From: a virus
Lineage: Duplodnaviria; Caudoviricetes
IMG/VR virus record: IMGVR_UViG_3300044620_000182
Span: 1-30,114 of that record
Reading direction: 5' to 3' (one strand)
Length of the DNA: 30,114 bases
Shown here: in pieces, positions 9,692-18,325 of the stretch
How the letters are laid out: every line of letters starts with the position of its first letter
How positions within the stretch are numbered: the first letter of the stretch is position 1
The notes under the pieces: model-generated
Databases searched by the model: none
What the model was told of the DNA's origin: nothing
The model's input: only the letters and a program-made list of their open reading frames with translations
Position numbers and translations under genes: made by a program

Positions 9692-10603
9692 GAAAAGAAA
9701 CTACCACTTTATGAAATGATGATTGGGGATACTATCGAAGGCGAAGAAGAAGTAGACTTCATTGCCCTAGTAGAATACCCTGCAATTCAGAAAAACTTTT
9801 TAGCCTTTTCGCAGGACTTTCAAGAAGATTCATACAATGACTACCCTCAATCAGCAAAGGATAATGCCGAAAGGGGAATCCGTTTGAATGAGGCAATAGG
9901 AAATAGATGCGCTACTCAGGTAGGAAAAGTTCGTGCGACTCAAATTATGGCAGGCGAAAACTTGTCTAGAGAGACCATCCGAAGAACATACTCCTACCTC
10001 AGTAGGGCTGCTGAGTATTATAACCCTGAAGATACTGAAGCCTGTGGGACTATCTCATATCTTTTGTGGGGTGGAGAGCCTATGCTTAGATGGGCAGAAA
10101 GCAAAATGAATCAGGAAGACTTTCGGGCTGTAGGTTTTAACAAGTTCAGCATTGAGAATCAAGATCAAAGAATCGTGACCGGGCCTTTGATGGTTGCAGA
10201 TTTACCGATCTACAGAAGGGATCAGGATGAGGAGTACTATGTTTCCTTTTCTGCTGCCGAGATCAAAAAGATAGTTCAGAGATTCTTTAAGAAAGGCTAC
10301 CAAAGTAAGGTAAATGTAGAACACTCTACCCCTGTAGATGGGGTCTTCATGTTTGAATCCTACATCATTGATCGGGAAAAAGGCATCATGCCTCCGAAGG
10401 GATTTGAAGATATCTCAAATGGCTCATGGTTCGGGTCTTTCAAAGTTGATAACGAGAAGATCTGGAATGAAGTGAAAGCAGGTACTTTCAAAGGCTTTTC
10501 TGTGGAGGGACTTTTCAGATATGAGAAGACCAACAAAGTAGTAACTCAGGAGGAGCAGATCATGCAGCAGATCTTCAAGATACTTTCTCAAATTGAACAA
10601 TAA
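9689..10603 (+). CDS. XkdF-like prohead protease with inserted domain
   Basis: IALVEYPAI, RIVTGPLMVAD, NVEH, GSWFGSFKV and GTFKGFSVEG motifs of PBSX XkdF-like proteins; upstream of scaffold and capsid. Confidence 0.75.
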   Translation: MEKKLPLYEMMIGDTIEGEEEVDFIALVEYPAIQKNFLAFSQDFQEDSYNDYPQSAKDNAERGIRLNEAIGNRCATQVGKVRATQIMAGENLSRETIRRTYSYLSRAAEYYNPEDTEACGTISYLLWGGEPMLRWAESKMNQEDFRAVGFNKFSIENQDQRIVTGPLMVADLPIYRRDQDEEYYVSFSAAEIKKIVQRFFKKGYQSKVNVEHSTPVDGVFMFESYIIDREKGIMPPKGFEDISNGSWFGSFKVDNEKIWNEVKAGTFKGFSVEGLFRYEKTNKVVTQEEQIMQQIFKILSQIEQ

Positions 10604-10629
10604 TTACTAACTAAATATTTCTTATTATG
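10594..10629 (+). promoter_or_regulatory. candidate late promoter for scaffold/capsid operon
   Basis: TGAACA-N14-AATATTT-N6-ATG(10627). Confidence 0.5.
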
Positions 10630-11223
10630 AACGCAAAAGAAGCACTAGTAGAAATCAAAAAACTACTTTTCTCAGAGGCAGAAAAGCAGGCAGCCTTCGC
10701 ACTTGTTGAAGGTAAACTTGTGGACGGCACAGTAGTAGCCTACGATCTTGAGGCGGGTTCGATCTTTGTAATCGGTGAAGATGGGGCGCAAATCCCTGCA
10801 CCTGTTGGAGAGCATCAACTTGAATCAGGTGAGATCGTGGTAGTACTTGAGGAAGGTAAAATTGCAGAGGTAAAGAAAGCAGAGGAAGAGCCTAAGATCG
10901 AAGTAGAGATTGAGGCTGCTGCTGAAGTACCTGCTGAAGAAGATCCTAAGAAGGATGAAGCAATGGCCAAAGTAGAACAGGCCATGGGTGACCTTGAAAA
11001 AAAGGTAGAAGAGTTGACTGCTAAGGTGAAGGCAATGGAAGAGAAAGCAGAAGAGGTAAAGGAAGCGGTAAAGATGTCCGCAGTAGTCCTTGAGTCTTTG
11101 GCAAAAGAGCCAAGTGATAAGCCTATCACAAGCCCTAACCAATTTGCAAAGCAGTTGAAAGTAGAAAAAAATGACAGGTATACAAACCTTCAAAGCGCAT
11201 TTCAAAAATTAAAAAACAAATAA
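10627..11223 (+). CDS. putative capsid scaffolding protein
   Basis: Acidic, coiled-coil 198 aa between protease and capsid; PAPVGEHQLESG motif. Confidence 0.65.
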   Translation: MNAKEALVEIKKLLFSEAEKQAAFALVEGKLVDGTVVAYDLEAGSIFVIGEDGAQIPAPVGEHQLESGEIVVVLEEGKIAEVKKAEEEPKIEVEIEAAAEVPAEEDPKKDEAMAKVEQAMGDLEKKVEELTAKVKAMEEKAEEVKEAVKMSAVVLESLAKEPSDKPITSPNQFAKQLKVEKNDRYTNLQSAFQKLKNK

Positions 11224-11227
11224 AAAA

Positions 11228-12184
11228 ATGGCACTAGATTTATCAGGATTAACTAACTATGTGAAGGAGAATGAATTGCAGTTGACTTCTGCAGCCATCT
11301 TCTCTGCAAAAACTGCTTCCCTTATCGAAGCACTTGGTAACGTTCAGGTGGGTGTAAAATCCGCTGAAACTATCAACATCATGACTACCGATGCGGTATT
11401 CCAGGCAGGCGGAACTTGCGGGTTCAATTCAAGCGGAACTACCACTATCACACAGCGTACTATCACTGTAGGTAAAATCAAAATTCAGGAAAGCATCTGC
11501 CCTAAAGCATTTGAGGCTAAGTACACTCAGAAGGCTTTGCGTGAAGGTTCTACCTATGACTACATGGCTTATGGTGCTGAATTCTCTGCTCAGAAAGTAG
11601 CAAGAATCGGTGCTGCCCTTGAGACTGCTATTTGGCAGGGAGATACTTCATCTCAAAATGGTCAATTGAACAAGTTCCAAGGATTTGCTACTATCATCAA
11701 TGCTCTAGGCTTTGGTGGTTCAGGTGACCCTATCAATGGTAACACAGGCAACCAAACTACTTTGACTTCTAGCAACGTAATTGCTGCTGTTGACATGGTA
11801 TTCGCTGCCCTTCCTGCTGCCCTTTTGGACAAGGATGATGTAGTAATCTTCTGCGGAAACGATACTTTCCGTGAGTATGTTCTTGCTTTGAGAGATGCTA
11901 ACTTGTATCACTATCCTGTAGATGCTGCTAACATGGAGTTGATTATCCCAGGTACTAACATCAAATTGATTGGTGTGAATGGCTTGAATGGTACTGACTA
12001 CCTAGTAGGTTTGTCTATGTCTAATATGTACCTAGGTACTGACCTTTTGAATGAGCAAGATCGTTTCGAGTTGTTCTATGCAAAAGAGGCAGATGAAATG
12101 AGATTTGTAGTTGAGTTCAAACTAGGATGCCAGATTGCCTTCCCGGATGAAGTAGTATTCTGGAAGAAGTACGTTGCTCCTTAA
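11228..12184 (+). CDS. major capsid protein
   Basis: 318 aa, position after scaffold, LETAIWQGD and FQGF motifs, followed by a strong terminator. Confidence 0.8.
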   Translation: MALDLSGLTNYVKENELQLTSAAIFSAKTASLIEALGNVQVGVKSAETINIMTTDAVFQAGGTCGFNSSGTTTITQRTITVGKIKIQESICPKAFEAKYTQKALREGSTYDYMAYGAEFSAQKVARIGAALETAIWQGDTSSQNGQLNKFQGFATIINALGFGGSGDPINGNTGNQTTLTSSNVIAAVDMVFAALPAALLDKDDVVIFCGNDTFREYVLALRDANLYHYPVDAANMELIIPGTNIKLIGVNGLNGTDYLVGLSMSNMYLGTDLLNEQDRFELFYAKEADEMRFVVEFKLGCQIAFPDEVVFWKKYVAP

Positions 12185-12194
12185 TTCAAATCAC

Positions 12195-12226
12195 GGGTAG
12201 GGGATTCACCCCTACCCTATTTTACT
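12195..12226 (+). terminator. rho-independent terminator after capsid gene
   Basis: GGGTAGGGG-attca-CCCCTACCC 9-bp stem followed by TATTTTACT. Confidence 0.75.
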
Positions 12227-12246
12227 AATCTTTAAAAAAATAAAAT

Positions 12247-12750
12247 ATGGCTTGCGCATTAACTCAGAACTATACCCTTGACTGCAAAGATTCTATCGGT
12301 GGTTTGAAGGCAGTATGGTTTGCAGCCGTAGAAGATATTGCATCATGGACAGGTACTGCCGGAACTTACACCGGTGTGACTATGGATTCAGGCAAGTATT
12401 TCTGGAAGTATGACCTAGTAAAGGAATCTTCCAACTTTGCTGAAGCCGTGAATACCAACGTTCAGAATGGCACTGTATTCTACGCTCAGACCTTGGAGAT
12501 CATCCTAAATAAATTGCAAGTAAATACTCGTAATGAGATCCTTCTACTTGCTAAGAATAGACTAGTAGCCTTGGTACTTGACAATAACGGAAAGACTTGG
12601 GTACTAGGTGAAGTGAATGGACTTGATTTGACCGGTGGCGGTTCAGGATCAGGTACTGCATTTGGTGATCGTAATGGATACACCTTGACCTTCACAGGTA
12701 ACGAGAAGGAACTTGCAGCCCTATTTACTGGCACTCCTCCTGTTGATTAA
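12247..12750 (+). CDS. putative major tail (tube) protein
   Basis: 167 aa; CKDSIGGLKAVWF, NGTVFYAQTL and GDRNGYTLTFTG motifs; flanked by terminators. Confidence 0.65.
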   Translation: MACALTQNYTLDCKDSIGGLKAVWFAAVEDIASWTGTAGTYTGVTMDSGKYFWKYDLVKESSNFAEAVNTNVQNGTVFYAQTLEIILNKLQVNTRNEILLLAKNRLVALVLDNNGKTWVLGEVNGLDLTGGGSGSGTAFGDRNGYTLTFTGNEKELAALFTGTPPVD

Positions 12751-12774
12751 TATTTGGTTTGTTGTTTAGATGTG

Positions 12775-12807
12775 AAAAGCAGCCCTAATTTCGGGGCTGT
12801 TTTTTTT
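12775..12807 (+). terminator. rho-independent terminator after tail tube gene
   Basis: GCAGCCCT-aatttc-GGGGCTGT stem ending in a T8 run (12800-12807). Confidence 0.85.
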
Positions 12808-12808
12808 G

Positions 12809-12844
12809 TGTACATACTTAAGGGTTTTAATATTTAAAGGTATG
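12809..12844 (+). promoter_or_regulatory. candidate late promoter for portal operon
   Basis: TGTACA-N14-AATATTT-N6-ATG(12842), immediately after a terminator, where re-initiation would be needed. Confidence 0.5.
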
Positions 12845-13201
12845 GTGATAATTGAGAAGGGTGCAAATAGCGTGATCTATATAGCCCTATTTGATAAACG
12901 AGAAACGACAAGCAATTCCTATACCTTTCTATTTCAGCATGAAGTAACAAAGGAGGAAGTGACTTTAAACCTAACCGATGTGAGTGATTTCAAAGATAGA
13001 TACTCAGAATTTTCAATCAGCGAAGCATCCTTTACAAGTAGCACAGTAGGCTTTTGGCGGTACTATGTTACCCAAACGGGAAGCGGTGCGGATGTTATTG
13101 CCACAGGTAAAATGGAATTGACTGCACCTAATCTTTCTACTACAGGAGTGGTAAGATATAACGGCTATAATGGTACTTATAAGACCTATACAACAGCATG
13201 A
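12842..13201 (+). CDS. hypothetical virion protein (119 aa)
   Basis: ATG 12842 preferred because the track start at 12806 lies in the terminator; ATGA-coupled to portal. Confidence 0.6.
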   Translation: MVIIEKGANSVIYIALFDKRETTSNSYTFLFQHEVTKEEVTLNLTDVSDFKDRYSEFSISEASFTSSTVGFWRYYVTQTGSGADVIATGKMELTAPNLSTTGVVRYNGYNGTYKTYTTA

Positions 13202-15201
13202 TAAAATTATTCAAGTTTGACCAAGTGCCTTTGCCCGTTTACAAAGAAGTTAAGGGTAAAGAATACGTTTACTACGGGGAGAAGAATGACTACCCTAACT
13301 ACCTACTGCGGATCTACAACAATAGCGCAAAGAATAATGCTATCATTACCGGCAAGGTAGACTATATCTGCGGTAATGGGTGGACTGTCAAGGCTGAGGA
13401 TGAGATGCAGAAGGCGAAGGCATTTGGCTTGATTGATCGAATCAACACTAAGGAGGAAAGCCTTAATGAGTTGACAAAAAAACTCGTTACCGATTTATCT
13501 ATTTTTGGAGGCTACTATCTTCAGGTAATCTGGACAAAAGGCACCGGTGAAATTGCAGAACTTTACCATGTTGACTATTACAAGGTTAGAACGAACCTAG
13601 ACAATAGTGAGTTCTACGTCTCAGACAATTGGATTAAGAATGATAACGTCAATCCAAGACCTGATTTCGAGACCTATCCTGCATTCGATCCTAATAACAC
13701 CACAGGCACACAGATTCTGTACTTTAAAGAATACAGAGCAGGTGCAAATACCTACTCCCTACCTGACTACAGAGGGGCTATTTCATACATTGAACTAGAT
13801 ATCTCTATAGGTGAATACCACCTGAACACGATTAATAACGGGATGTTTTCTTCTAAACTTATCAACCTAAACGGGGGTAAGGTAAGCCAGGAGGAAGAGG
13901 ATCGTATCGAAAGACAATTCAAGGATAAATTCTCAGGATCAAAGAACGCAGGAAAATTCATGCTTGCTTTCAATGATTCAAAAGAAAACGAGCCTTCAAT
14001 AGTAGACCTTTCCGGCACCGAATTAGATAAGCATTTTGACCTACTAAATAAAACAGTTCAGCAGGAGATTTTTACCGGTCATAAGGTGACTAGCCCTATG
14101 CTTTTTGGTGTTAAAACAGAAGGTCAACTAGGTGGCAGAGCAGAACTTCGGGAAGCATCTGAGTTGTTCCAGAACACCTATGTAAATGCAAAGCAGCAAA
14201 GCCTTGAAGAGGTAGTAAACTACCTTTTGAAATTCAATGATATCGTAGCAGAACTTGAGATCAAGAAAACTGAGCCTATTTCTTTCCAGTTTAGTGAGCA
14301 GATTATTTCTACTAACATGACTCAGGATGAGATCCGAGAGAAGTTGGGACTTGCTCCAATCGAGAAGAAAGAAAGCCAAGGCGCACAGGATATCATCAAC
14401 TCATTAAACAGCCTTTCTCCATTGATTGCGACTAAGGTAGTTGAATCTATGGATGTGAATGAATTGAGGGGCTTGATTGGCCTACCTATGAAGACTGAGA
14501 TCGTGACTCCTGAGAATATAAATCAAGAACCTGCTGCTGCTTTCTCTGATCACCTCCACCTTGAGTGCAGTATCTCAGAACACGATGCAGACATCCTTAA
14601 AAAGTTTGAAGGCAAAGGGGTATCAAAGGACAAATTCAAGGTCATTGAAAGTTCAAAGATGCACTTCTCAAGCATGGAAGACTTCATCAAGCAGGATCTA
14701 TTTGCCGAGTATCTACTCAATGAGGTGCAGAAAAAGATCCTTACTCAAATTCAACGCAATGATGCGGTGACTATCCCACAAATTGCAAAGGCTGTAGGGA
14801 TTGATGAGGCATCCGTGATCTCAAGAATCAATACTTTGATAGATGATCAGGTGCTAGTGGAGAAGATTAGCCGTGAAGGCTTGATCACTAGATCGGTGAC
14901 TAGAACAGGAGAAGCGGCTATCAAGAGACTTCAGCCTGTAACTTCCTTCAAGGTGCTTTATTCCTATGAGGAAAGACCAAACGTACCGGAAGCAAAGAGT
15001 GGATCTAGACCTTTGTGCGAGAAGTTGTACGGAAGCGGGCTATTCTTTACCAGAGAAGAGATTCAAAACATATCCAATCAGTTAGGCTATAGCGTTTTTC
15101 AACTTTGTGGTGGATGGTACACCAATCCCAACACAGGCAGAAGAACACCTTATTGCCGTCATGAGTGGAAAAGAAATGTAGTTGTAGAAAAAACATCCTA
15201 A
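13198..15201 (+). CDS. portal protein with C-terminal wHTH-like and Cys/His extension
   Basis: YGEKNDYP, YSLPDY, NGMFSS, GSKNAGK and HKVTSPMLFG portal motifs; about 200 aa C-terminal extension. Confidence 0.8.
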   Translation: MIKLFKFDQVPLPVYKEVKGKEYVYYGEKNDYPNYLLRIYNNSAKNNAIITGKVDYICGNGWTVKAEDEMQKAKAFGLIDRINTKEESLNELTKKLVTDLSIFGGYYLQVIWTKGTGEIAELYHVDYYKVRTNLDNSEFYVSDNWIKNDNVNPRPDFETYPAFDPNNTTGTQILYFKEYRAGANTYSLPDYRGAISYIELDISIGEYHLNTINNGMFSSKLINLNGGKVSQEEEDRIERQFKDKFSGSKNAGKFMLAFNDSKENEPSIVDLSGTELDKHFDLLNKTVQQEIFTGHKVTSPMLFGVKTEGQLGGRAELREASELFQNTYVNAKQQSLEEVVNYLLKFNDIVAELEIKKTEPISFQFSEQIISTNMTQDEIREKLGLAPIEKKESQGAQDIINSLNSLSPLIATKVVESMDVNELRGLIGLPMKTEIVTPENINQEPAAAFSDHLHLECSISEHDADILKKFEGKGVSKDKFKVIESSKMHFSSMEDFIKQDLFAEYLLNEVQKKILTQIQRNDAVTIPQIAKAVGIDEASVISRINTLIDDQVLVEKISREGLITRSVTRTGEAAIKRLQPVTSFKVLYSYEERPNVPEAKSGSRPLCEKLYGSGLFFTREEIQNISNQLGYSVFQLCGGWYTNPNTGRRTPYCRHEWKRNVVVEKTS

Positions 15202-15794
15202 TGAGCGCAAATGTTTTAATGATATCGGAGCAATCCTTCAAGGATTTCACGGTAGCCTCCGCAAATATTGACCTGAAGAACGTCACTCAGGTGATTAAGA
15301 TGACTCAGGATAGGTACATTCACCCTATCTGTGGGACTGCGCTTTATGACAAGATCCTTCTACTCATTTCAAATGGCACTATAGGCCAAGGAGGGAATGC
15401 AGTCTACAAGACCTTTCTAGATTCCTACCTTACAGATACCCTATTCAACTATGTCCTAGGTGAATTGCCTATGGCTATGCAGTATAAGTTTGTGAATAAA
15501 GGGGTAGTAAAAAGAAAATCTGAGAATATCACAGAGCCTACCTTCGCAGAACTTCAAAGCATTTCTCAATACTACAAGGGATATGCTGAATGGTACGCAG
15601 AACGGGCAATAAATTACCTATGTGCGAACTCTGAGCAGTATCCGGAATACTTGAATCCTGGTAGTGATGTGACTACTATCCAACCTGTGAGCAATCAGTA
15701 CAAGGTGGCTATCAATCTAGGCCGTGGGGACTATGAAGATCACAGGCCATACAGCGAAAGATACCAAGGGAACAGATACAAAAAACCATTCTAA
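15201..15794 (+). CDS. putative head-tail connector/adaptor
   Basis: TAATG-coupled start at 15201 (MSANVLMISEQ...); QDRYIHPICGTALY and YLCAN..YPEY motifs; follows portal. Confidence 0.6.
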   Translation: MSANVLMISEQSFKDFTVASANIDLKNVTQVIKMTQDRYIHPICGTALYDKILLLISNGTIGQGGNAVYKTFLDSYLTDTLFNYVLGELPMAMQYKFVNKGVVKRKSENITEPTFAELQSISQYYKGYAEWYAERAINYLCANSEQYPEYLNPGSDVTTIQPVSNQYKVAINLGRGDYEDHRPYSERYQGNRYKKPF

Positions 15795-15848
15795 AAATGG
15801 CTTATTCTAAAAACGAAAAAAAGTTAAAAGAATTCCTAAGCAAGCAGC

Positions 15849-16286
15849 ATGACATTAGTAGACCTAGTCAAAAAGTTAAAAGCAATCCAAGAAGCGCACC
15901 CAATGATCCGAACCTTCGGAGAGGGTGACATCTATGACTATGTAGATAATGGCGGAGAGATTCAATACCCTGTCCTGTGGACTGTGGTACGGCCTGCAAT
16001 CTATAATTCTACTACTCTACGCTACGATCTAGTCCTTCTCTTTGCTGATCTATTGACTGAAGACAAGAGCAATAGGCTACAGATTCAAAGTGATCAGATG
16101 CTTGTGGCTTTGGATGTGCTTGCAAAATTAAAACTTGACAATGACTACACCTTTAATACTGCTCCTAACTCGACTCTGGAATTTTTCCAAGAACGCTTTG
16201 ATGACTTTACAGCCGGTGTATCAATCTCTGTACAGGTTACTGCTCCTATGCCTTTAGACCTTTGTTCCATCCCTACCGAATCATAA
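15849..16286 (+). CDS. putative tail terminator/neck protein
   Basis: 145 aa; YPVLW and FQERFDDFTAG motifs, C-terminal CSIP; structural context. Confidence 0.5.
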   Translation: MTLVDLVKKLKAIQEAHPMIRTFGEGDIYDYVDNGGEIQYPVLWTVVRPAIYNSTTLRYDLVLLFADLLTEDKSNRLQIQSDQMLVALDVLAKLKLDNDYTFNTAPNSTLEFFQERFDDFTAGVSISVQVTAPMPLDLCSIPTES

Positions 16287-16287
16287 A

Positions 16288-16491
16288 ATGAATATCTTGC
16301 AGAAAGATGAAATAGGAGTACCCTCCACACTCGTAGCAGTCCTTGCGAATGTTTTCCAAGCCATAGGAATAGACTTCTTGAATGTGGTATTGACTATGAT
16401 TATTTCGCTGCTTTCAATCGTGTGGCTAGTGTATAAAATCAAAAACGAAAAGGCAATTTTTGACAGCAGGAAAGATGAAGAAGGGAAGTAG
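16288..16491 (+). CDS. putative holin
   Basis: 67 aa with 1-2 hydrophobic helices and a charged C-tail; upstream of endolysin. Confidence 0.55.
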   Translation: MNILQKDEIGVPSTLVAVLANVFQAIGIDFLNVVLTMIISLLSIVWLVYKIKNEKAIFDSRKDEEGK

Positions 16492-16597
16492 TGTTCAGAA
16501 GGCTTCTGCATTTGGGAAGCGAAGAAAAGGGAAGGCTAAAAAATCCTATGCAAAAAACGAAAGCAGACCTAAAAAGTACAGGGGTCAAGGAAGATGA
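16475..16597 (+). CDS. small basic peptide ending KKYRGQGR (40 aa), not in ORF track
   Basis: MKKGSSVQKASAFGKRRKGKAKKSYAKNESRPKKYRGQGR*; its stop overlaps the endolysin ATG (ATGA 16594-16597). Confidence 0.7.
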   Translation: MKKGSSVQKASAFGKRRKGKAKKSYAKNESRPKKYRGQGR

Positions 16598-17019
16598 AAA
16601 GACCTATTAAATATATTGCGATCCATTGCACAGCATCTCAACCTACTGCTACCGTGGCAGCCATTCAAAGGCATTGGAAAGATACGCTAGGATGGAAGTC
16701 TCCAGGCTATCATCTACTGATTGAAGCGAATGGCACTATTCACAGGCTCATGGATTTTAACGGAATAGCAAACGGGGTAAGGGGTTTCAATAAGGAATCA
16801 ATTCACATTTCTTACATTGGAGGGATAACCAAGGAAGGAAAGCCGATTGACAACCGAACCGATGCGCAAAAAAAAGCAATTTTGTTGTGCATAAAAGAGG
16901 TATTAGAGTGGAGTGATAATAAGAAACTAATCATTCAAGGGCATAGGGATTTTCCAAATGCAAACAAAGCCTGTCCATGCTTTGATGCGAAGGCGGAATA
17001 CAGAGGGATAGTACAATGA
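16594..17019 (+). CDS. endolysin, N-acetylmuramoyl-L-alanine amidase (T7 lysozyme/Amidase_2 type)
   Basis: IAIHCTAS, GYHLLI, SIHISYIGG and GHRDF..KACPCF zinc-amidase motifs. Confidence 0.9.
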   Translation: MKRPIKYIAIHCTASQPTATVAAIQRHWKDTLGWKSPGYHLLIEANGTIHRLMDFNGIANGVRGFNKESIHISYIGGITKEGKPIDNRTDAQKKAILLCIKEVLEWSDNKKLIIQGHRDFPNANKACPCFDAKAEYRGIVQ

Positions 17020-17204
17020 AATTGAAGAACCTAAAAGCATGGAAGACTACAGCCCTAGGAATTATTCTAATTCTGGCTAGTATCTTGAGTGTCTTTGTCA
17101 AAAGTGTATCTTGGTCTGATGCTTCCTTCGGGATAGGTATCGGCCTAGTTTTAATCTTCAGTCCTGATACCATATTGAGCAGGTTTGAAAAGTTCGTAAA
17201 GTAA
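17016..17204 (+). CDS. second holin-like membrane protein
   Basis: 62 aa with two hydrophobic segments (WKTTALGIILILASILSVF; FGIGIGLVLIF); coupled to endolysin. Confidence 0.55.
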   Translation: MKLKNLKAWKTTALGIILILASILSVFVKSVSWSDASFGIGIGLVLIFSPDTILSRFEKFVK

Positions 17205-17225
17205 AGGAAACCAAATATTCCCTAA

Positions 17226-18107
17226 ATGGAATTAAACAAAATAGCACGCAATGTGCATTCTCTTTCACTAAGCAAAGAGGAAAACAGAGTAGCCCTTCTT
17301 TCGGATATTCATTGGGATAATCCAAAGTGTGACAGGGATATGCTCAAAAGACATCTAGACTACTGCCTTGAAAATCAAATTCCTGTTTTTATCAATGGGG
17401 ATATGTACTGTTTAATGCAAGGCCGTGGAGATCGAAGAGGAAATAAAAGCGACATCCTTCCTGAACATAATAATGCAAAGTACTTAGATAGTATAGTTGA
17501 AACTGCTGTAGAGTGGTGGTCTCCTTATGCTTCCATCTTGACTGTGATAGGGTACGGAAACCATGAGACTGCCATCATCAAATATCAGGAGACCGATATC
17601 CTTCAGAGATTCGTAGACCTATTCAACTACAAGAATCAAAGCAATGTTTTTACCGGTGGATATGGCGGATGGATAGTTCTGAAATACGAGATCAAAACAA
17701 ATACTTTCATGACTAAAAGCCTGAAGTATTTTCATGGATCAGGTGGAGGTGGAATTGTTACCAAGGGCGCTATCAACTTGACAAGAGCCTTGGAGACCTA
17801 TGAGAATATGGATGTTTTTGTCATGGGTCACATTCACGAGAATGCTAGTAGAAATGATGTAAGGGACTGCCTCCACTATAACCAAGGGAAGCGGGTATAT
17901 GAATTACAGCAGAAGCAGATTCACCTTGCTATCACGGGATCTTACAAAGAAGAGTACGGGGATGGCTCTCATGGATGGCATATCGAGAGGGGCGCACCTG
18001 TCAAGCCTGTAGGCGGTAGAATACTAACCCTGCACGGCAGAAGATCAGTAAGGGATGGTTCAGAGAATTATGATATATTAGTAGACTCACATAAGTTCCC
18101 GCTATGA
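17226..18107 (+). CDS. calcineurin-like metallophosphoesterase
   Basis: SDIHWD, NGD, GNHE, HG and GHIH metal-binding motifs in canonical order. Confidence 0.8.
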   Translation: MELNKIARNVHSLSLSKEENRVALLSDIHWDNPKCDRDMLKRHLDYCLENQIPVFINGDMYCLMQGRGDRRGNKSDILPEHNNAKYLDSIVETAVEWWSPYASILTVIGYGNHETAIIKYQETDILQRFVDLFNYKNQSNVFTGGYGGWIVLKYEIKTNTFMTKSLKYFHGSGGGGIVTKGAINLTRALETYENMDVFVMGHIHENASRNDVRDCLHYNQGKRVYELQQKQIHLAITGSYKEEYGDGSHGWHIERGAPVKPVGGRILTLHGRRSVRDGSENYDILVDSHKFPL

Positions 18108-18325
18108 AAGTAGAACTATCATTCAACCTACCGGAGGAAGAGGAAGAATTCCGAGCAGCCATAAACGGGCAGAAGTTAAGGTCGATCACTTATGACTTTG
18201 ACCAATGGCTAAGAAACCAAATAAAGTATGAAGATCTCACAGATGAGGAGTATCAAACCTTGCAAAAATGCAGAGATCAATTCAGGGCTATGTTTTATGA
18301 TGAAGACCTTTTTATAACTCAATGA
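18104..18325 (+). CDS. hypothetical protein
   Basis: 73 aa ORF, ATGA-coupled on both sides. Confidence 0.6.
   Translation: MKVELSFNLPEEEEEFRAAINGQKLRSITYDFDQWLRNQIKYEDLTDEEYQTLQKCRDQFRAMFYDEDLFITQ

Noticed and set aside
12806-12841. Extended N-termini in the ORF track (12806, 15165, 19928, 20525, 24244, 26675, 26863, 28674)
   Set aside because: Downstream ATGs with stop-start coupling or A-rich leaders fit better; the extensions run through terminators, promoter regions or other genes.
15797-15928. 43-codon ORF MAYSKNEKKLKEFLSKQHD...
   Set aside because: Mostly overlaps the 15849 gene; it may be a coupling peptide but cannot be supported from this sequence alone.
2386-16511. Minus-strand and nested ORFs within structural genes (e.g. 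3507..3815, 5524..5784, 6253..6666, 10815..11129, 10825..11205, 13767..14018)
   Set aside because: They are shadows of long well-supported + strand genes, with no recognisable motifs.
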